A DNA stretch of 54,883 bases, filler included, from Bipalium vagum (Eukaryota), in assembly GCA_037834085.1 (NCBI GenBank). It is 3 parts of 3 records of this genome, joined end to end, with 100 filler letters (N's around TTAATTAATTAA, not from the genome) between each part and the next. Parts side by side here need not be neighbours in the genome. Positions count along the whole stretch, not along the records: positions 1 to 16,565 come from JBBMKC010105232.1; positions 16,666 to 36,256 come from JBBMKC010271812.1; 1 more part is not named here. One strand, given 5' to 3'. This document shows positions 13,519-26,563 of the stretch, in pieces. The notes under the pieces are model-generated. The model made no database searches. It had not been told where the DNA came from and worked only from the letters and a program-made list of their open reading frames with translations. How positions within the stretch are numbered: the first letter of the stretch is position 1; each line of letters begins with the position of its first letter. The translations under genes and the position numbers were made by a program.

Positions 13519-16493
13519 TATATTTGTTTGAATGACCTATTTCTTCTCTAAGAACTGTCATTTCATTTTATTTAAACTTAACAGTTATGAAATTCAGTAC
13601 ACTCTTAAATCAAAATAAAATCAAAAAATAAAAACACATTTTCCGCTTCTCAATGCTATTTAATTTTAATCAAAGTCAGAAAGTTGCAGAATCAGTCTAG
13701 AAGTTTTATAATGTGTGTGTAAAACATGTTTTAGTCATTATTATTGCAAAAAATGAAATTGGAACATTCATTCTTTAAAAACTGTAATCCATTGAGAGTC
13801 TTCTACTACCAAAAATCAAAATGGTTTAATCAAAACTTGGTGCTTGTGTAACTAATCGGCTGAAAAAAGCAAAGAAAGTCGTTCAAAAATTGCAGCTCAA
13901 AATCTTACCAGACACAGAGCAACATGCGGCCACAATGAACGGTTTCTTTATCGAATTATCAAAAGAGATGACAAACGGTTTTTGTTCAAACTTGCAGTAC
14001 AGGATCAGCAACATTCAGAATTAAACAAGATTTACATCTCAAAAAAATCATAATCTCTTTTTGGTGAGATTGGGCCGGTCTCATACATGATCCAGAAAAA
14101 CATGACAGTTGACAAGTACCTATTCATGAATTAATTGCGATATGTAAACGAAATTATGAAATTAAAAATACAAAATACATGAGCTAAATTAATTCTTTTC
14201 CATGATAATTCTTTCAATCATTTAAACAATGTTACCAATTTGTTAATACAAGTAAATGAATAAAATACAGTACTGCTTTACGACTAAAATCTTTCACATC
14301 CTTTTTTATTATAAATAAAGCCTTTCAGAATAAAAATAAATTTTTGACACGACCTCATCAATAACACAAATGCTGCTATTCATTTCACTCAACTACGTTT
14401 CTTCTAAAAATATGACGAGTTAGTCTTTAACACATTGTGATTTATAAAGATTTACTAGTGTAGATGTGAAGAAGTTGTCTAAAATATTCACTTGTTAAAA
14501 ATACAGGACTAAATAAAAACAATCGAAAACTATTGTAAATTTTTAAAATAAAATACACGAATTACTGATTAAATATAAAAATAGAATGAAAATAATAACC
14601 ACAATTAAATATTAGTTTTGAAAATTAATTATAAATAATATTTATATTTAGACAGTTCCACTAAAACCACATTTCATTAAAATCTAAGGATCGATCTATT
14701 AAAAAATAATTTTAAATTAATATTTTTTAATTAATTTTACTATAATTATTTAGCATTAACGTATTTATTAGTTATATTTTTATGTCACCAGAAAATAAAC
14801 AATACAATTAAAATAATAATAATTTTAATTTATGTCTAATTAAAGAACTCTTAGTTAATTAAAAAGATTTATTTTAATTATTTAAATGATTTTTAAAAGA
14901 TATGAAAACTTTTAATTTAATAAATTCATTTTAATTTTTGACATTATAAAGACTACTCGTTTCCTCTTATGTTAGAATTTTCTCTGATAAATTCAATGGT
15001 GTTCCTGAAACACTTTAACGTTTCCTGATTATTTGTTATGTAAATTTCATGTTTTTTTTAGAATCATCTGACTTATAAACTATTTAAAGACTTTGCAAGA
15101 CAGTATGACTTTGAACTTCCAAATTTGTAGTTGTCCCAGAATCTCTTATATTTTTAGAATATTTAATCTTTTCAAAATGTACTTTATAATATAATATATT
15201 TTACAATTAAACACTTCCATCAGTTACAACAAATGTATTATTATGAAACATTTAAAACTCTTTTTTCAGTGCTTCGTCACTAATTTTAAACATTTGAATC
15301 CACTAAATGATCTTACAATTTTTTAAGTAAATTATGTGGCAAATTCCGGTTGGTTAAAAAATTATGATTATTCATTTTTATTTTTAAAATAATATTTTTT
15401 TATTAAATAGAGAACACACTGACAATCCCATTAGTTTTTACTTTGACCTATTTGAATATTAATATCTGGATGCCGTTCTTTTATTAATAATGATTCATAT
15501 ATCTTTAGTTCATCGTTATTATCGAAATTTCATAATTACTCTTAATTTTTCTTTGGTAAATTTACCATTTCGCACAACGCAATTATTTGAGATTTTACAT
15601 GCTCTGCTTATTTGCAAATTTTCACTAATACGTATTCTAATGTGAAGCTTTGTCACGCGTGATAAAATTTCATAGTAGGAATCTGAGTTTTATTTTGTTT
15701 TAAAAAATAATTATTATATAAAAATAATAGCAAAAATATACTGAAAATAAATTTTAATATAATAATTATTTTTAATTATACTAAATATAATTAATATAAC
15801 TATTTTTTTAATCTCGTGATGATAACTGCAAATTTTGTACCATTTTTAGTATTTAGAGCCAAAAATGTTTATTATGATCAAGATTCTTAAAAAATTATTT
15901 ATATTTGAATTTTTCAATAAATTCGACAAAAAAGTACAAAAACGGAATAAGATAAATATAATAAGACAACATTTTCACCAGTCATTAAACCTTAGTATTA
16001 TATATTATAAAACAAAGTACAACCAGCTTTATTTTTTTAATTTTATATCTATAGACGGGTGTGGTTACGTAAACTAAAAAAATAATGAAATTATTTTATT
16101 ATGAAATTATTATTTCAAGCACATTTACTTATGATCTAATTAATAAAATAATGGAAAAAGTCAAAATAAATCACCAATAACACTAATTTAAACAAAGAAT
16201 ATAACTGATATAAAAGACAAATGTAATCTTTTTAATAAACATTATGTATAATAATATGGAAAAATACATCGTTCTGACGATTCAAATATAATAAAAGTAA
16301 TTCTCAATACTTTGGAACCATTTATTCATCCAGTTTAAATAATAATTATAAAGCACAAATATTTTGGACTTTAATCAATTGGAACTTCGGAAATCTGGAT
16401 TACCAATGTTACATCAATAATGAGATTAATGATTATTTTTTAGTGAAATTATTTTAGTCTTAGAAATGAAACCTGTTTCTACAAAATATACAC

Positions 16494-16494
<1 letters not shown>

Positions 16495-16565
<71 letters not shown>
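16495..16565. repeat. (TAA)n microsatellite abutting an assembly gap
   Basis: Pure aat run of more than 20 units ending at the N stretch. Confidence 0.95.
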
Positions 16566-16665
16566 NNNNNNNNNNNNNNNNNNNNNNNNNNNNNNNNNNN
16601 NNNNNNNNNTTAATTAATTAANNNNNNNNNNNNNNNNNNNNNNNNNNNNNNNNNNNNNNNNNNNN
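16566..16665. other. Artificial assembly spacer (44 N + TTAATTAATTAA + 44 N)
   Basis: Exactly 100 bp with a 12-mer that gives stops in all six frames. Identical to the spacer at 36257. Confidence 0.97.
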
Positions 16666-16789
16666 GCAAATATATTTAATATATTAATAAACAGTTAATA
16701 ACACCCTAAAGACAGCGATTGTTATAATTAATCAAATTAATTAAAAAAATATTATACAGAATAAACTATATCGATAATAAGCAGACCTA

Positions 16790-17250
16790 TGAATCCAAAG
16801 TTGTCCAGAGTTATAGAGGTTAACAAAGTTAAACTTGTGATTGAAAGTTAAAGCTCCTTTTTATTCAAACTTGAATAGGCTTTTCAATCATCACCCATAA
16901 TTACAGATCCCCATCTTATTACAGAATTTATTATTGAAATAAGAGTCATGAAATACTGTCATGTTTTTTATTTTTACCCCATTATTACGTCATGCATTGT
17001 AGAAATTGACGAATCCATATGAGTAAGATAAATATTGAAGGTAAAGAGGATTAACCAGGGAGAGTTGAGAAATAGAAATACACAATAAATTCAATTTTTA
17101 CAAAATCGTGGTATTCTATGTTCCATAATAAAAAAAATTTACCAGGAATTATTATAAGCGAATGTTGGAAGACATGAAAACTAATTTAATTTTCTCCCTG
17201 TATTTGACTTCCAACATTTTCAATTAAATATATTAAATAAAAAATTTCAA
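16790..17250 (-). mobile_element. Merlin (IS1016-like) transposase relic
   Basis: MTLISIINSVIRWGSVIMGDD*KAYSSL then, after a frameshift, FNHKFNFVN. Resembles the Merlin motifs TLLPII...GSIIHSDEWKAY and VNHxxNFV. Ends approximate. Confidence 0.65.
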
Positions 17251-17655
17251 TTCTAGATAAATATTTGAAAGAATTTTGTAAACCTGAATGCTTAAATCCA
17301 TACCTAAAATATTGAAGCATTTTTATATAAGTAACATCGAAATTTACTTAAGTGACATGAAATATAGGAGGATATTTTTAAAAAATTGTTTTGAAAATTT
17401 TACTGAATTTTTATATAAATACTTATAAATGAAAAAGATTTTTTATATAACTGATGAAATTTTTTAAATTTTGTATTATATAATCTTGAATAATTTTAAA
17501 AACGGCGGACTGAGAGCGCTTTTAATCTAATAAATAATAAGATATTTTTAGAATCATTTAAAAAAAATCAAAAGTCAGAAAAGGAATAAGTTAGTAGCTG
17601 CCTAAAATCACTCCGTCAGTTTGTTGTTTTGAAAGATTATTTCTAAATATATATA

Positions 17656-18635
17656 CAAGGGTTTTCCCAAAACTAATAACACGCTTGATAATATTTAATA
17701 ATACGTAACACAATTAAAATAGCTTTTAAATTTGTTCAAAGTAGTTCCCAGCAGTATTTATTTACTTTTATTTTCCATTGTTTGTAGAGAGAAATAAATT
17801 CTTTATGTACATGTTTCATATACTGGTATGACTGTTTCAAGCTGACTTTGACTTTCGTATACCCAAGAAAATAATCTTTCAATCTACTAAGCAACCTAAA
17901 ATCAAATGGAGTTAGATCAGGGCTGTAATGTTAATGAGAGATTAAAATTATTCCCTGTTCCCAGAAATCCATCACAAAATGTGATTTTTTGGGATGAAGC
18001 GTCATCATATCATCATGAAGTTTAAGCTGGTCGTTTGTGAATATACTTGACGCTATACATTTCTTTCGCCTAAGGCAGAATAGTACAGCAATAATAATTG
18101 CCAATGACTACGTTCTCCAATGGAGTTAGAATTTTTGACAGAGGACTGTCATCACAATAGAAAATTGTACACATCATCTTATCTCGTTTTTAAATACATT
18201 TTCCATCTGAGGAGGATAACCCCCTTCAACAATCTATAAAACAATCACATTTTACTGATTTTTGAGTTCAAAATAGTTTAACTGAGTTTCATCACTGTAA
18301 CGATTCTGAATAATTATGTTTTATCTATGATCAATATGTCTTAACTTATTTTTTCTTTTGCGACTAAGTGCTTAAATGTGGTACCAGTCGGGAACAAAAC
18401 GTTTGGAGTCGTAACTGACTGCAATATTTCATGGATACTTGTAATTCCAGTTAAGCTATGTTTAAGTATCAAAAATAGTAATAAAAGAATCTTCAATGAT
18501 AGTTTACTGGATACTCCTGATATTCTCAAGTGCTCCCCTATATCTGGAGCACGAGTTGTCTTTGTTAAAATTCACATTTGTTACATAATCCACCTTTCTA
18601 TGCATAATTTTTTATTAAATTCATACATAATTTGA
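17656..18635 (-). mobile_element. Degenerate mariner (irritans-like)
   Basis: TA-caagggttttcccaaaact terminus. Minus-strand remnants SDETQLNYFE (GDETW motif) and HYSPDLTPFDF. Confidence 0.7.
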
Positions 18636-18934
18636 AACACAAATCAGATCTACAATCGAGTTTCTCATAATCTTATGGGCTGTTTAGGTTTTTATTCTAT
18701 TCTTTAATGAGGAAGGAATTTAGACTACATCATCGAATAGCTCAGACACTGCCTCACCAGATTAAACATATTCCGATCACCATTATATTTTTGAATGACA
18801 AGACTTGTAAAGTGAAGCATATTAAAAATCATAAAATAAAATAAAATTTTATTCAATGAGCATCTTGAAAGATAATTAATGATTATGGTACAGACATGAA
18901 AATTTTTTAATATATATATATTTTTTTTTTAAAG

Positions 18935-19415
18935 AGGGCGAAACTATTACTGCACAGTCGTACTGTCAACAAACTAAAATCATGCACAGAAAACTTCGTA
19001 AAATATAACCGGGTTTGATAAATCGAAAGAAGCTAATTTGCTTCTTGATAACGCGAGACCTCATTTATCTAAAAATGACTGTACAAAAATTACATGACTT
19101 GCACTATTAGGTTTAGGCTCATCCACTTTATTTCCCAGACCCGTCACCAACAGATTATCATCTGTTCAAATACATGAACGATTTTCTTCTCAATAAAACC
19201 TTCTGGGACCAAGGTTCTATTCAAAATAACATAGACCAGTGTTTTGAATCCAGAATTCAGGATTTTTATCAAACTGGAATGAATAAAATTTTATATCGTT
19301 GACAAGAGTGTCTAAACAGTAATGGAAAATATTTTAATTAATTTATTTTATTTAAAAGTTTTTATGACTTATTTTATATACTGCTAAAGTTCGACATTTC
19401 ATACTGGACAACCGA
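18935..19415 (+). mobile_element. Mariner 3' half (cecropia/Hsmar1-like)
   Basis: GETITAQSYCQQTKIMHRKLRKI*PGLINRK, LLLDNARPH and HPLYFPDPSPTDYHLFKYMNDFL. Right TIR ...catactggacaaccgaa-TA. Confidence 0.85.
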
Positions 19416-19603
19416 ATATTTCTGAAACTTGATAAATATTAGATAAATACAAAATTACTTTCATGACAATCTATTAAATTATCCAGAATAATAGGGATTA
19501 AAAGATGTGTGAGGAAAACGTGATCAAACTGAAAATTTTATTTATTTTGTGAAAACACTTTATTAATAAATAATCGTGAAAACATCATTATTCGTCAACA
19601 TAC

Positions 19604-19729
19604 CTGCACATGTGTTATTTTCCGTCATAACGTACCCTCGATTGCACATGCATCTGTATGACCCCACCATGTTTACGCAGTGCATATTTGGTGAACATTT
19701 GCCTTCACCGGTTTCACATTCGTCTATAT
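19604..19729 (-). CDS. Calcium-binding EGF exon of a fibulin-like extracellular matrix protein
   Basis: ttttctAG acceptor and CAG/GTATGT donor. 126 nt, phase 1-1: (D)IDECETGEGKCSPNMHCVNMVGSYRCMCNRGYVMTENNTCA. Full cbEGF consensus with 6 Cys. Lies within ORF 19563-19772. Confidence 0.92.
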
Positions 19730-20701
19730 CTAGAAAACCAAAGTAACAAAAACCAAGATCGTTTGTGCTCAATTAAAAATTTTAAATTTGAAATCCTATT
19801 TTTATATTTTGACTGAATTATTTAATATTTAAAATTTTTAACATGTTAAACTTGAAAACAATAGTGAACTCTTCTCAAAATTGTTTAATATTTTTTAAAA
19901 TTTCAAAAATATAATTGATTAATTTAATAATAATAATTATTATTATTATTACTATTATTATTATTATTATTATTTTCCAAAAAATATATAAAAACCAAAA
20001 ATTATATTGAAAATCTCTTATAAATTTGATATCTAGGGTTTGGATAAAATAGTGTATTTGAGCTATATATACACATAAATATTATGATATTATTATAAAA
20101 TATTATAAAATATAAATATAATAACATTTTATGAAATAATAATTATTTAATCTCCAAAAATACTGAATTGAAAATTTATCTATCATTTTATTTGGCATTA
20201 ATTTTATTACAGTTCTAATAATAAACAATTTTTGCTGATAAATTTAAACAAAAATATTAGATTTGTACAAAGATATTACGAAAATAATTATAAAAATACT
20301 TCATCGAAATTATTTCATTTATTCCCACAAAGTTGATAGTATTAATTTAATTTATAATTCAAATTATTTGTTGACAAAAATGTGGAATGCGTATAATTTC
20401 TCCAGATATTGTTCTGTCAATAAAATATTCGACTCGTTTAAATTTAAATAATTTCTCCTTTTAATTTCATTATTAATAAAAATACTTAATTTCTAAAATT
20501 TACTAAATTTTTATTTAGAATTACAATAATTAAAATAATTTCAGAGTATTTATTGAAATCTAAACCAATGAATTAACTAAAACAATATTATTGCTTAAAT
20601 TGATATGTTGGAAAATAAATATTTTTTATAGTTTCAATATATTTATTTTTGCATATTTTTTGAACTTATTATTATTTTAACTGATATTATTCTCAACCAA
20701 C

Positions 20702-20848
20702 CTTGGCAACTGGAATACATAGAGGATCTAAACATTCCTGAAGGGCATTCAGCTCGGTGGATGCAGTTGTAACTTCCTGGGTGATTTATACAAGTGTATA
20801 AGGGTCCGCAAAGGGTATCCCCGGTATATTCCGAACATTCATCAATGT
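20702..20848 (-). CDS. Calcium-binding EGF exon of the same fibulin-like gene
   Basis: ttgtAG acceptor and AAG/GTTGGT donor. 147 nt, phase 1-1: (D)IDECSEYTGDTLCGPLYTCINHPGSYNCIHRAECPSGMFRSSMYSSCQ. The expanded C4-x5-C5 spacing is typical of fibulin-1/2-type modules. Splices in frame to 19729. Confidence 0.92.
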
Positions 20849-21091
20849 CTACAATTCATATAATATTTATTTCATAAAATGTATTATAATTGAAAGATTT
20901 TTAAATATTTTTCTGAACATGAAAAATTATTGATAAAATAGTAAGAAGTTTTGTAAAATAAAATACTAAATCATAAATACTTTTCCAATCAAATGTAATT
21001 ATAAACCAAAAAATAATTTTGCATTATAAAATATATTTTTGGAAAATAATTATTAATAACATAAGAATCAATAGAGTAGTGAAAGAAAATA

Positions 21092-21178
21092 TTAGGTTGT
21101 TCTGAAATAAATTAGCGTTTTATATTTTCATTTTCTTTTTCATTCGAAAAAACGCTAATTTATTTCCGAACAACCTGA
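21092..21178. mobile_element. 87-bp mariner-derived palindromic MITE (Made1-like architecture)
   Basis: ttaggttgttctgaaataaattagcgttt ... aaacgctaatttatttccgaacaacctga: 29-bp TIRs with 2 mismatches, TA on both sides. Confidence 0.9.
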
Positions 21179-21263
21179 TACAATATGAGAAAAAGATTCT
21201 TATTATTAATCTTAAATGCAATTTGATGCTAAGAGTAGTAAAAATCTATTATAAAATTATATA

Positions 21264-22719
21264 CACTACCGTCGGAAAGTATTTGTACACCCTTTAAGTA
21301 TAACTTTGAACTCTAACAACTCTTACAAAAAATCAATAAAAGTTAAGATTTTTTCAACACATATTTATTGATAATTACCAAACATAGTAACATATTAAAA
21401 ATTTTAAATAACTAATTAAGCATTAAACCCAAGCTTCATCTACGTAACCTCCTTGCTTTTCAATGATCATCTAGTTTTTCTAACACTTCGGTTCAATTCA
21501 TCCCATAGTAAGTCTATGCGATTAAGGTCAGGTGATTAACGGGGACAGATAATTATTTTTATGATACTTTTCTTTTCCATCTTTTTCAAATAATCCTGAC
21601 ATAGTTTGGCTTTATGTTTGGGATCATTGTCCTGTTGAAAAGTAAAATTATTGCCGATAATTCTTAGTCCAGAAGGAATGGCGTTACTTCGTAGTATATT
21701 TTTATAGCCTGCTTTGAATAGTTTCCCATCAATTGTGATTAGATCTCCAAATGATGGACCACCAAAACAACCTCAAATCATAACAGATCCTCTTCCGTGC
21801 TTCATATTTGGGATTATGCATTGATCTGAGAACCTCTCACGAGTAGACCTGCGAAAAAATACACACCTTCTTGATCCAAAAACTTCAAACTTCGATTCAT
21901 CCGACCAAAGTACCTGAAACCAGTTTTCGGATGACCAGTTTTGGTGTTCTCTGGCCCATTCTAATCTTATCTTTTTATTTTTAGGCCGAAGTAATGGTTT
22001 CCTAGCGGCAAACCTTCCAAGTAGTTCTGCTTCATGAAGCTGGTCTTTTACCGTTGTTACGCTAATACCTCTTTCTCAGGAATGGTTTATGTGAGAGGCA
22101 ATTTCTGGTGTCGTTAGACGTCTATTACGCTTGCTCGTGATTATAATTCTACGGTCTTCTGTATCAGTTAGTTTTTCTTGGTCGTCCAGCTCTTTCATTT
22201 TTCTTAATAATGCCGGTATCGAATTAATTTCTCCCAATTTGACGAGCACTGGTATTCATTTTATGTTTGGAAATAATCATACATCTTTTTTCTAGCGAAA
22301 TCTCATTAATTTTAATCATACCTTAAATTTTTTATATATTAAAATTATTAAAAAATATTAATTATTTTAAAATTCCTACTTAAACAAAAAACAAAAATGA
22401 ACTAATTAAAAATTGGCGTTTTAACTAAGTCATATTAACAGTAATTTAAAAATATTAATTTAACTTTCCTTGCTTTAATTATATCCGAATAAAACTCTAA
22501 AGCTTTTAGAAATATTTTTAGCTAAATTTTATAAAAAATAAAATGTAGAAATTCATATTGTAAAATTTATTACCTTTTTGTTCTATTGTTATCTATATGT
22601 AAGGTTCCCAATAAATTTAGAACTAAAATTGGGTTTTTAAAGAAAACATTAAAATATGTTAGAAAAATTGATCATTTTGCATTTTAAGAAGGGTGTACAA
22701 ATACTTTCCGACGGTAGTA
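21264..22719 (-). mobile_element. Full-length Tc1-family element with DD38 spacing (Intruder/IT-like), inactivated
   Basis: Near-perfect 31-bp TIRs cactaccgtcggaaagtatttgtacaccctt and TA TSD. Transposase reads RKPLL..WSDESKFEVFG..KHGRGSVMI*GCF..FQQDNDPKH-(38 aa)-SPDLNRID. Three in-frame stops and a frameshift. Confidence 0.93.
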
Positions 22720-24050
22720 TATATATATTTGCTTTGATAGAAAATAAATTAAACCTGGTTGGCTTCATATTTTTTATTAAATCAATTAAAGATTTTGTCT
22801 ATTTTTCAAAATCTTTATAATTTACAAATTTTATTTAAAAACTTATATATACTGATTCTAAAATGTTTCTAATAAATAAGGTATACATCAAATTTACTTC
22901 ATTTCATAAGTTTCTAGTTCATTAAAGTATTAATTATTTTATTAGGGGTATGCATAAATTCACATAATGTATTAATTTAAGTAATATTAGTAATAATGTA
23001 ATTTCTAAAAATTTGTTTTTGTTTACGTAAGTCAATATTGATTATATTTATAGCATTAATTAGGCATTATATAAATTAATAAATATTGAAATCATTTGAC
23101 AAAATACATAACTGTTGCCTAATTCAAACAAATAATTTACTTTTTCTTATAAAATTTAAATGTTAAAATTAGTCTAGTAACATTGAAAATGTTTTTGCAA
23201 AGTATAAGGGCCTTTATCATAGAGGACTGAGAAATATTTAACATCAAAAAAGCTTAACTGAAGTTGAAGAAATGTAAATCAAAATGAGAACCGGTCCGGT
23301 CCAGTTTATAAAATAAATTCACCATGAAAAAAATTGAAAATTTCTAAAAGAAAGAACATAAAAAAGTCAGGTTAAGTAAAAAAATATTTCTAAATGTAAT
23401 TAATTAAATTAAATAATCACAATTAAATTTTCTTATCTGACTCGAAAACGTTATCAGAGAATTAATTGAACAAGAGCAAGATTGCGTTTAGAGTGTCAGA
23501 TCGACTAAGTATATTATAAATCTGTCAATCTAAATTAAATTAAAAAAATATATTTTTAATTTTTATTAAATGTCAATAAGCTGTGAAAATTGAATCAAAA
23601 AATTCTCAAAAATATAATAAACCAAATGAAATAATTTAACAACCAAACTTCAAAAACAAATTTATTCAACCTGAAATTGTTTAAAATTAAAATTTATTTT
23701 ATTTTCTTATTTTTTATATTAAAATACATAGGTTTGGGTTGAAAATTAATAATGACTTCAAAAATTAAAATGAATAAATGTAGTGGAATTTTACTGAAAT
23801 TCAATCTTCTAACTATCGATTTTATGAAAATTTATTATATAATTTTTTTTGCTAACCAATATCTTTGACGAAAGAAAAAATAATTATAAAGTATTAAATA
23901 ACTAAATATAATATAATATCAATGAGGAATATAATACGAAATTATTTATTTATTATATATAATAATAAATTTTACATTAAATTTTTAATAAGCTATTAGA
24001 AAATAATGTTTAATTAGGCAACAGTTGAACTGATTTTTATTAATTACATA

Positions 24051-25150
24051 TTAGGTATAACATAACTTTTTAGGTGTTTTTATTAAACATATTTCTTCAT
24101 TGTTATCTTGAATAATAATTTTTTAGTAAACATTTCTATTCGAATATTAGTAATCTACATTTAAACGTAATATTTTAGATATAGAAACTGGCTGACAAAG
24201 TCTTTATTCGGCACTGCATTTTCTCTGAATTTCATCAGCTAAAATCCGCTGAAGCAATATTTATTTTTAAAATTGAAATAATAAAAATAAGAAATTATTT
24301 AGAGATAAAGTGAAAAAGTGCTATTATTTTTAGTTAATTATCCCTGTATCAGTCTTCAATAACTTATTCATAGCTTCCGATATGTTAATGAAATATGATT
24401 TTATCAAGATTGAATTCAAGTTTTGCGAATTGCTTCTTTGAATCGAATCAGTTGTTGACTGTAGACTTCCAATCTATTTTTTTTGAAAGAAGCTCATAGT
24501 GAATTGTTCCTTCGAAATCCATCCAAACAGAAATCATTTTCCTCAGAACAGAGCTTTTTGACGCTGTGTCGCCTGATTTTTTGTGCTGATTCATTCTCTA
24601 AGTTTATTCATGTTAACATATGAACATCATTTGTTATCGCCAATACAGTAAAGAAGCCTGTGCTTGTGACCGTTTGTTGAATTATGGTGAGCGAGCAACC
24701 CGGTGGAGATCTTAAAGTTTTGATTGTTCTTCTCAATCAAAAGATGTGAAATTCCATTGTCAATTTTAGGACCTTTCCCATCCCTTTGAGATGGTCCGCT
24801 ACAGTCTGGTGATGACAGTTCAACTGGAACGATAATTCTATTGTTGTTTATCGTGGATTGTCATTGATCAGTTAGTTAAATTTTTCTGAACCTTTGACGG
24901 GTGAATAGCATTGGTATGATCTTGAACACCAAAATAGCCGTTTTTGAAACTCAAGATTCTATAATTCCATTTTTGAGATGTTTATTCTGATTACACTTCA
25001 GAATATGATGAACATCTTTAGCGGCCTTGAAATCTTGACTGTGTAAGAAGAATGTGTCCAAAGTGTTCATTCCCTTCAATTCGATATTTCATTTTGAAAT
25101 AGTGTGTTTGAAGTTATCAAACAAAAAAGGTGACTCCATAAAGTATTAAA
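24051..25150 (-). mobile_element. Degenerate mariner
   Basis: ATG at 25092: MKYRIEGNEHFGHILL. Also TVADHLKGMGKVLKL and KMISVWMDFEGTIHYELL. TA-ttaggtataac terminus at 24051. The other end is approximate. Confidence 0.8.
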
Positions 25151-26231
25151 AATTTGAGTTAAGTTTAATGAGGACTTAAGACTATTAGTGCGTACAATTA
25201 AATATTTCACCAAATGTTTTACTATAACATTATTTTTTGTATAAATTCAGTTTGATTTAAATGTTTTTTTATCAAATATAAACATGGTGTAACATAATCA
25301 ATTAATACAAATAAAGTTTGATTTTATCAAAATTAGAATGTAGTGGTGAATACAATTTAACATTTACCACTGTATTACTTTTTTCATATATGCTATCATT
25401 TATAAAGTTATTCAGAGATCAAAGAAGAAGCATAAAGAAATTTTAGCTTCATTTTCATTTATACTGTGCATTTAAATCGATTTCGTTAGTTGGTGCAAGG
25501 TGATTTTAAAATCATGAATTAAAAATTTTTTTCAGGGGTACGACCTTTAACCAAAATTTGATACATCAAATATATTTTAAAAAATTTTCTTATTCGAGAT
25601 GATAAATTTCCAAAATCCTTTAATGAGATCAGAAAACTAAAACATGGTGAAATAACAGACAATGGAGAGCTTCTTAGACTGAAAACAAAATTTAAGTAAA
25701 ATGTACGAAATGTGCTTTGAAGAAAGACTGTTATGTAATTACAAATGTATTACGATAATCAGTTAAGGGTCTTTAATAAATAAACATGAGAAAAAGATGA
25801 CAATAGCATAATTCTGTGTGTTGCGTAAAAAATTATGTGTGAGATGATGTAACACAACACTAAATAAGCTAAGCATGTCTATATCACAAAGATGTTCATA
25901 AAAATCATAAAAACCCAAATATCAGCTGTTTTGATTTTTCAAGGAAGAGTACTATTATCCAAGGTTATTTGATCTCACAGATTTTCAAAAATATAATTGC
26001 ACTATATAAGAATATCACTTAGTTACTCAAAATTGGTATATTACAGAATGCTTGTTCAAATTCCTCAGTAAATGGCGAAAGTATAACTAGCGATCAGTCA
26101 TTTTTATCACGATTATTCTATCATTCATATATATATAACAAAATAATAAATTTGGCATATGAAAAAATTAAAATGATGAGACATATTCCTTGTAGTTATG
26201 ATACAGTATCATTTTACCAATATTTGTTATA

Positions 26232-26313
26232 CAGTTAAAGCTCTATAACGAAACCATTCGGGAACGGCCAAACATTCGATACTTAGAAGTGTCGTTATAT
26301 AGAGATTCCACTG
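26232..26313. mobile_element. 82-bp pogo/Tigger-type MITE
   Basis: TA-cagttaaagctctataacga ... tcgttatatagagattccactg-TA: imperfect TIRs of the CAGT..CTC.A.ATAACG type. Confidence 0.7.
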
Positions 26314-26563
26314 TATAAGGAATTTACATTCTAGTTACAAATGATTATAATTTTCCAGGAAAAAAATTGACACCAGATAAGTTTAACAGAATTTGTGTAT
26401 CAATAATAAATTTCGTTGTTAGTGATTTTCATTTTTTGAAGAGATTTGTACAGCTGCATAGTTCTAAGTTACACGTTTATAGCATAGCGGCATTAAATGA
26501 TATAATTAAACGAAGTATTTTGAAAAAAATGAAAAAGCATGTAGCTTTTGACGATGGATAATG

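Noticed and set aside
16610-16621. Palindromic TTAATTAATTAA, repeated at 36301-36312
   Set aside because: Synthetic six-frame stop linker inside N gaps, not biological.
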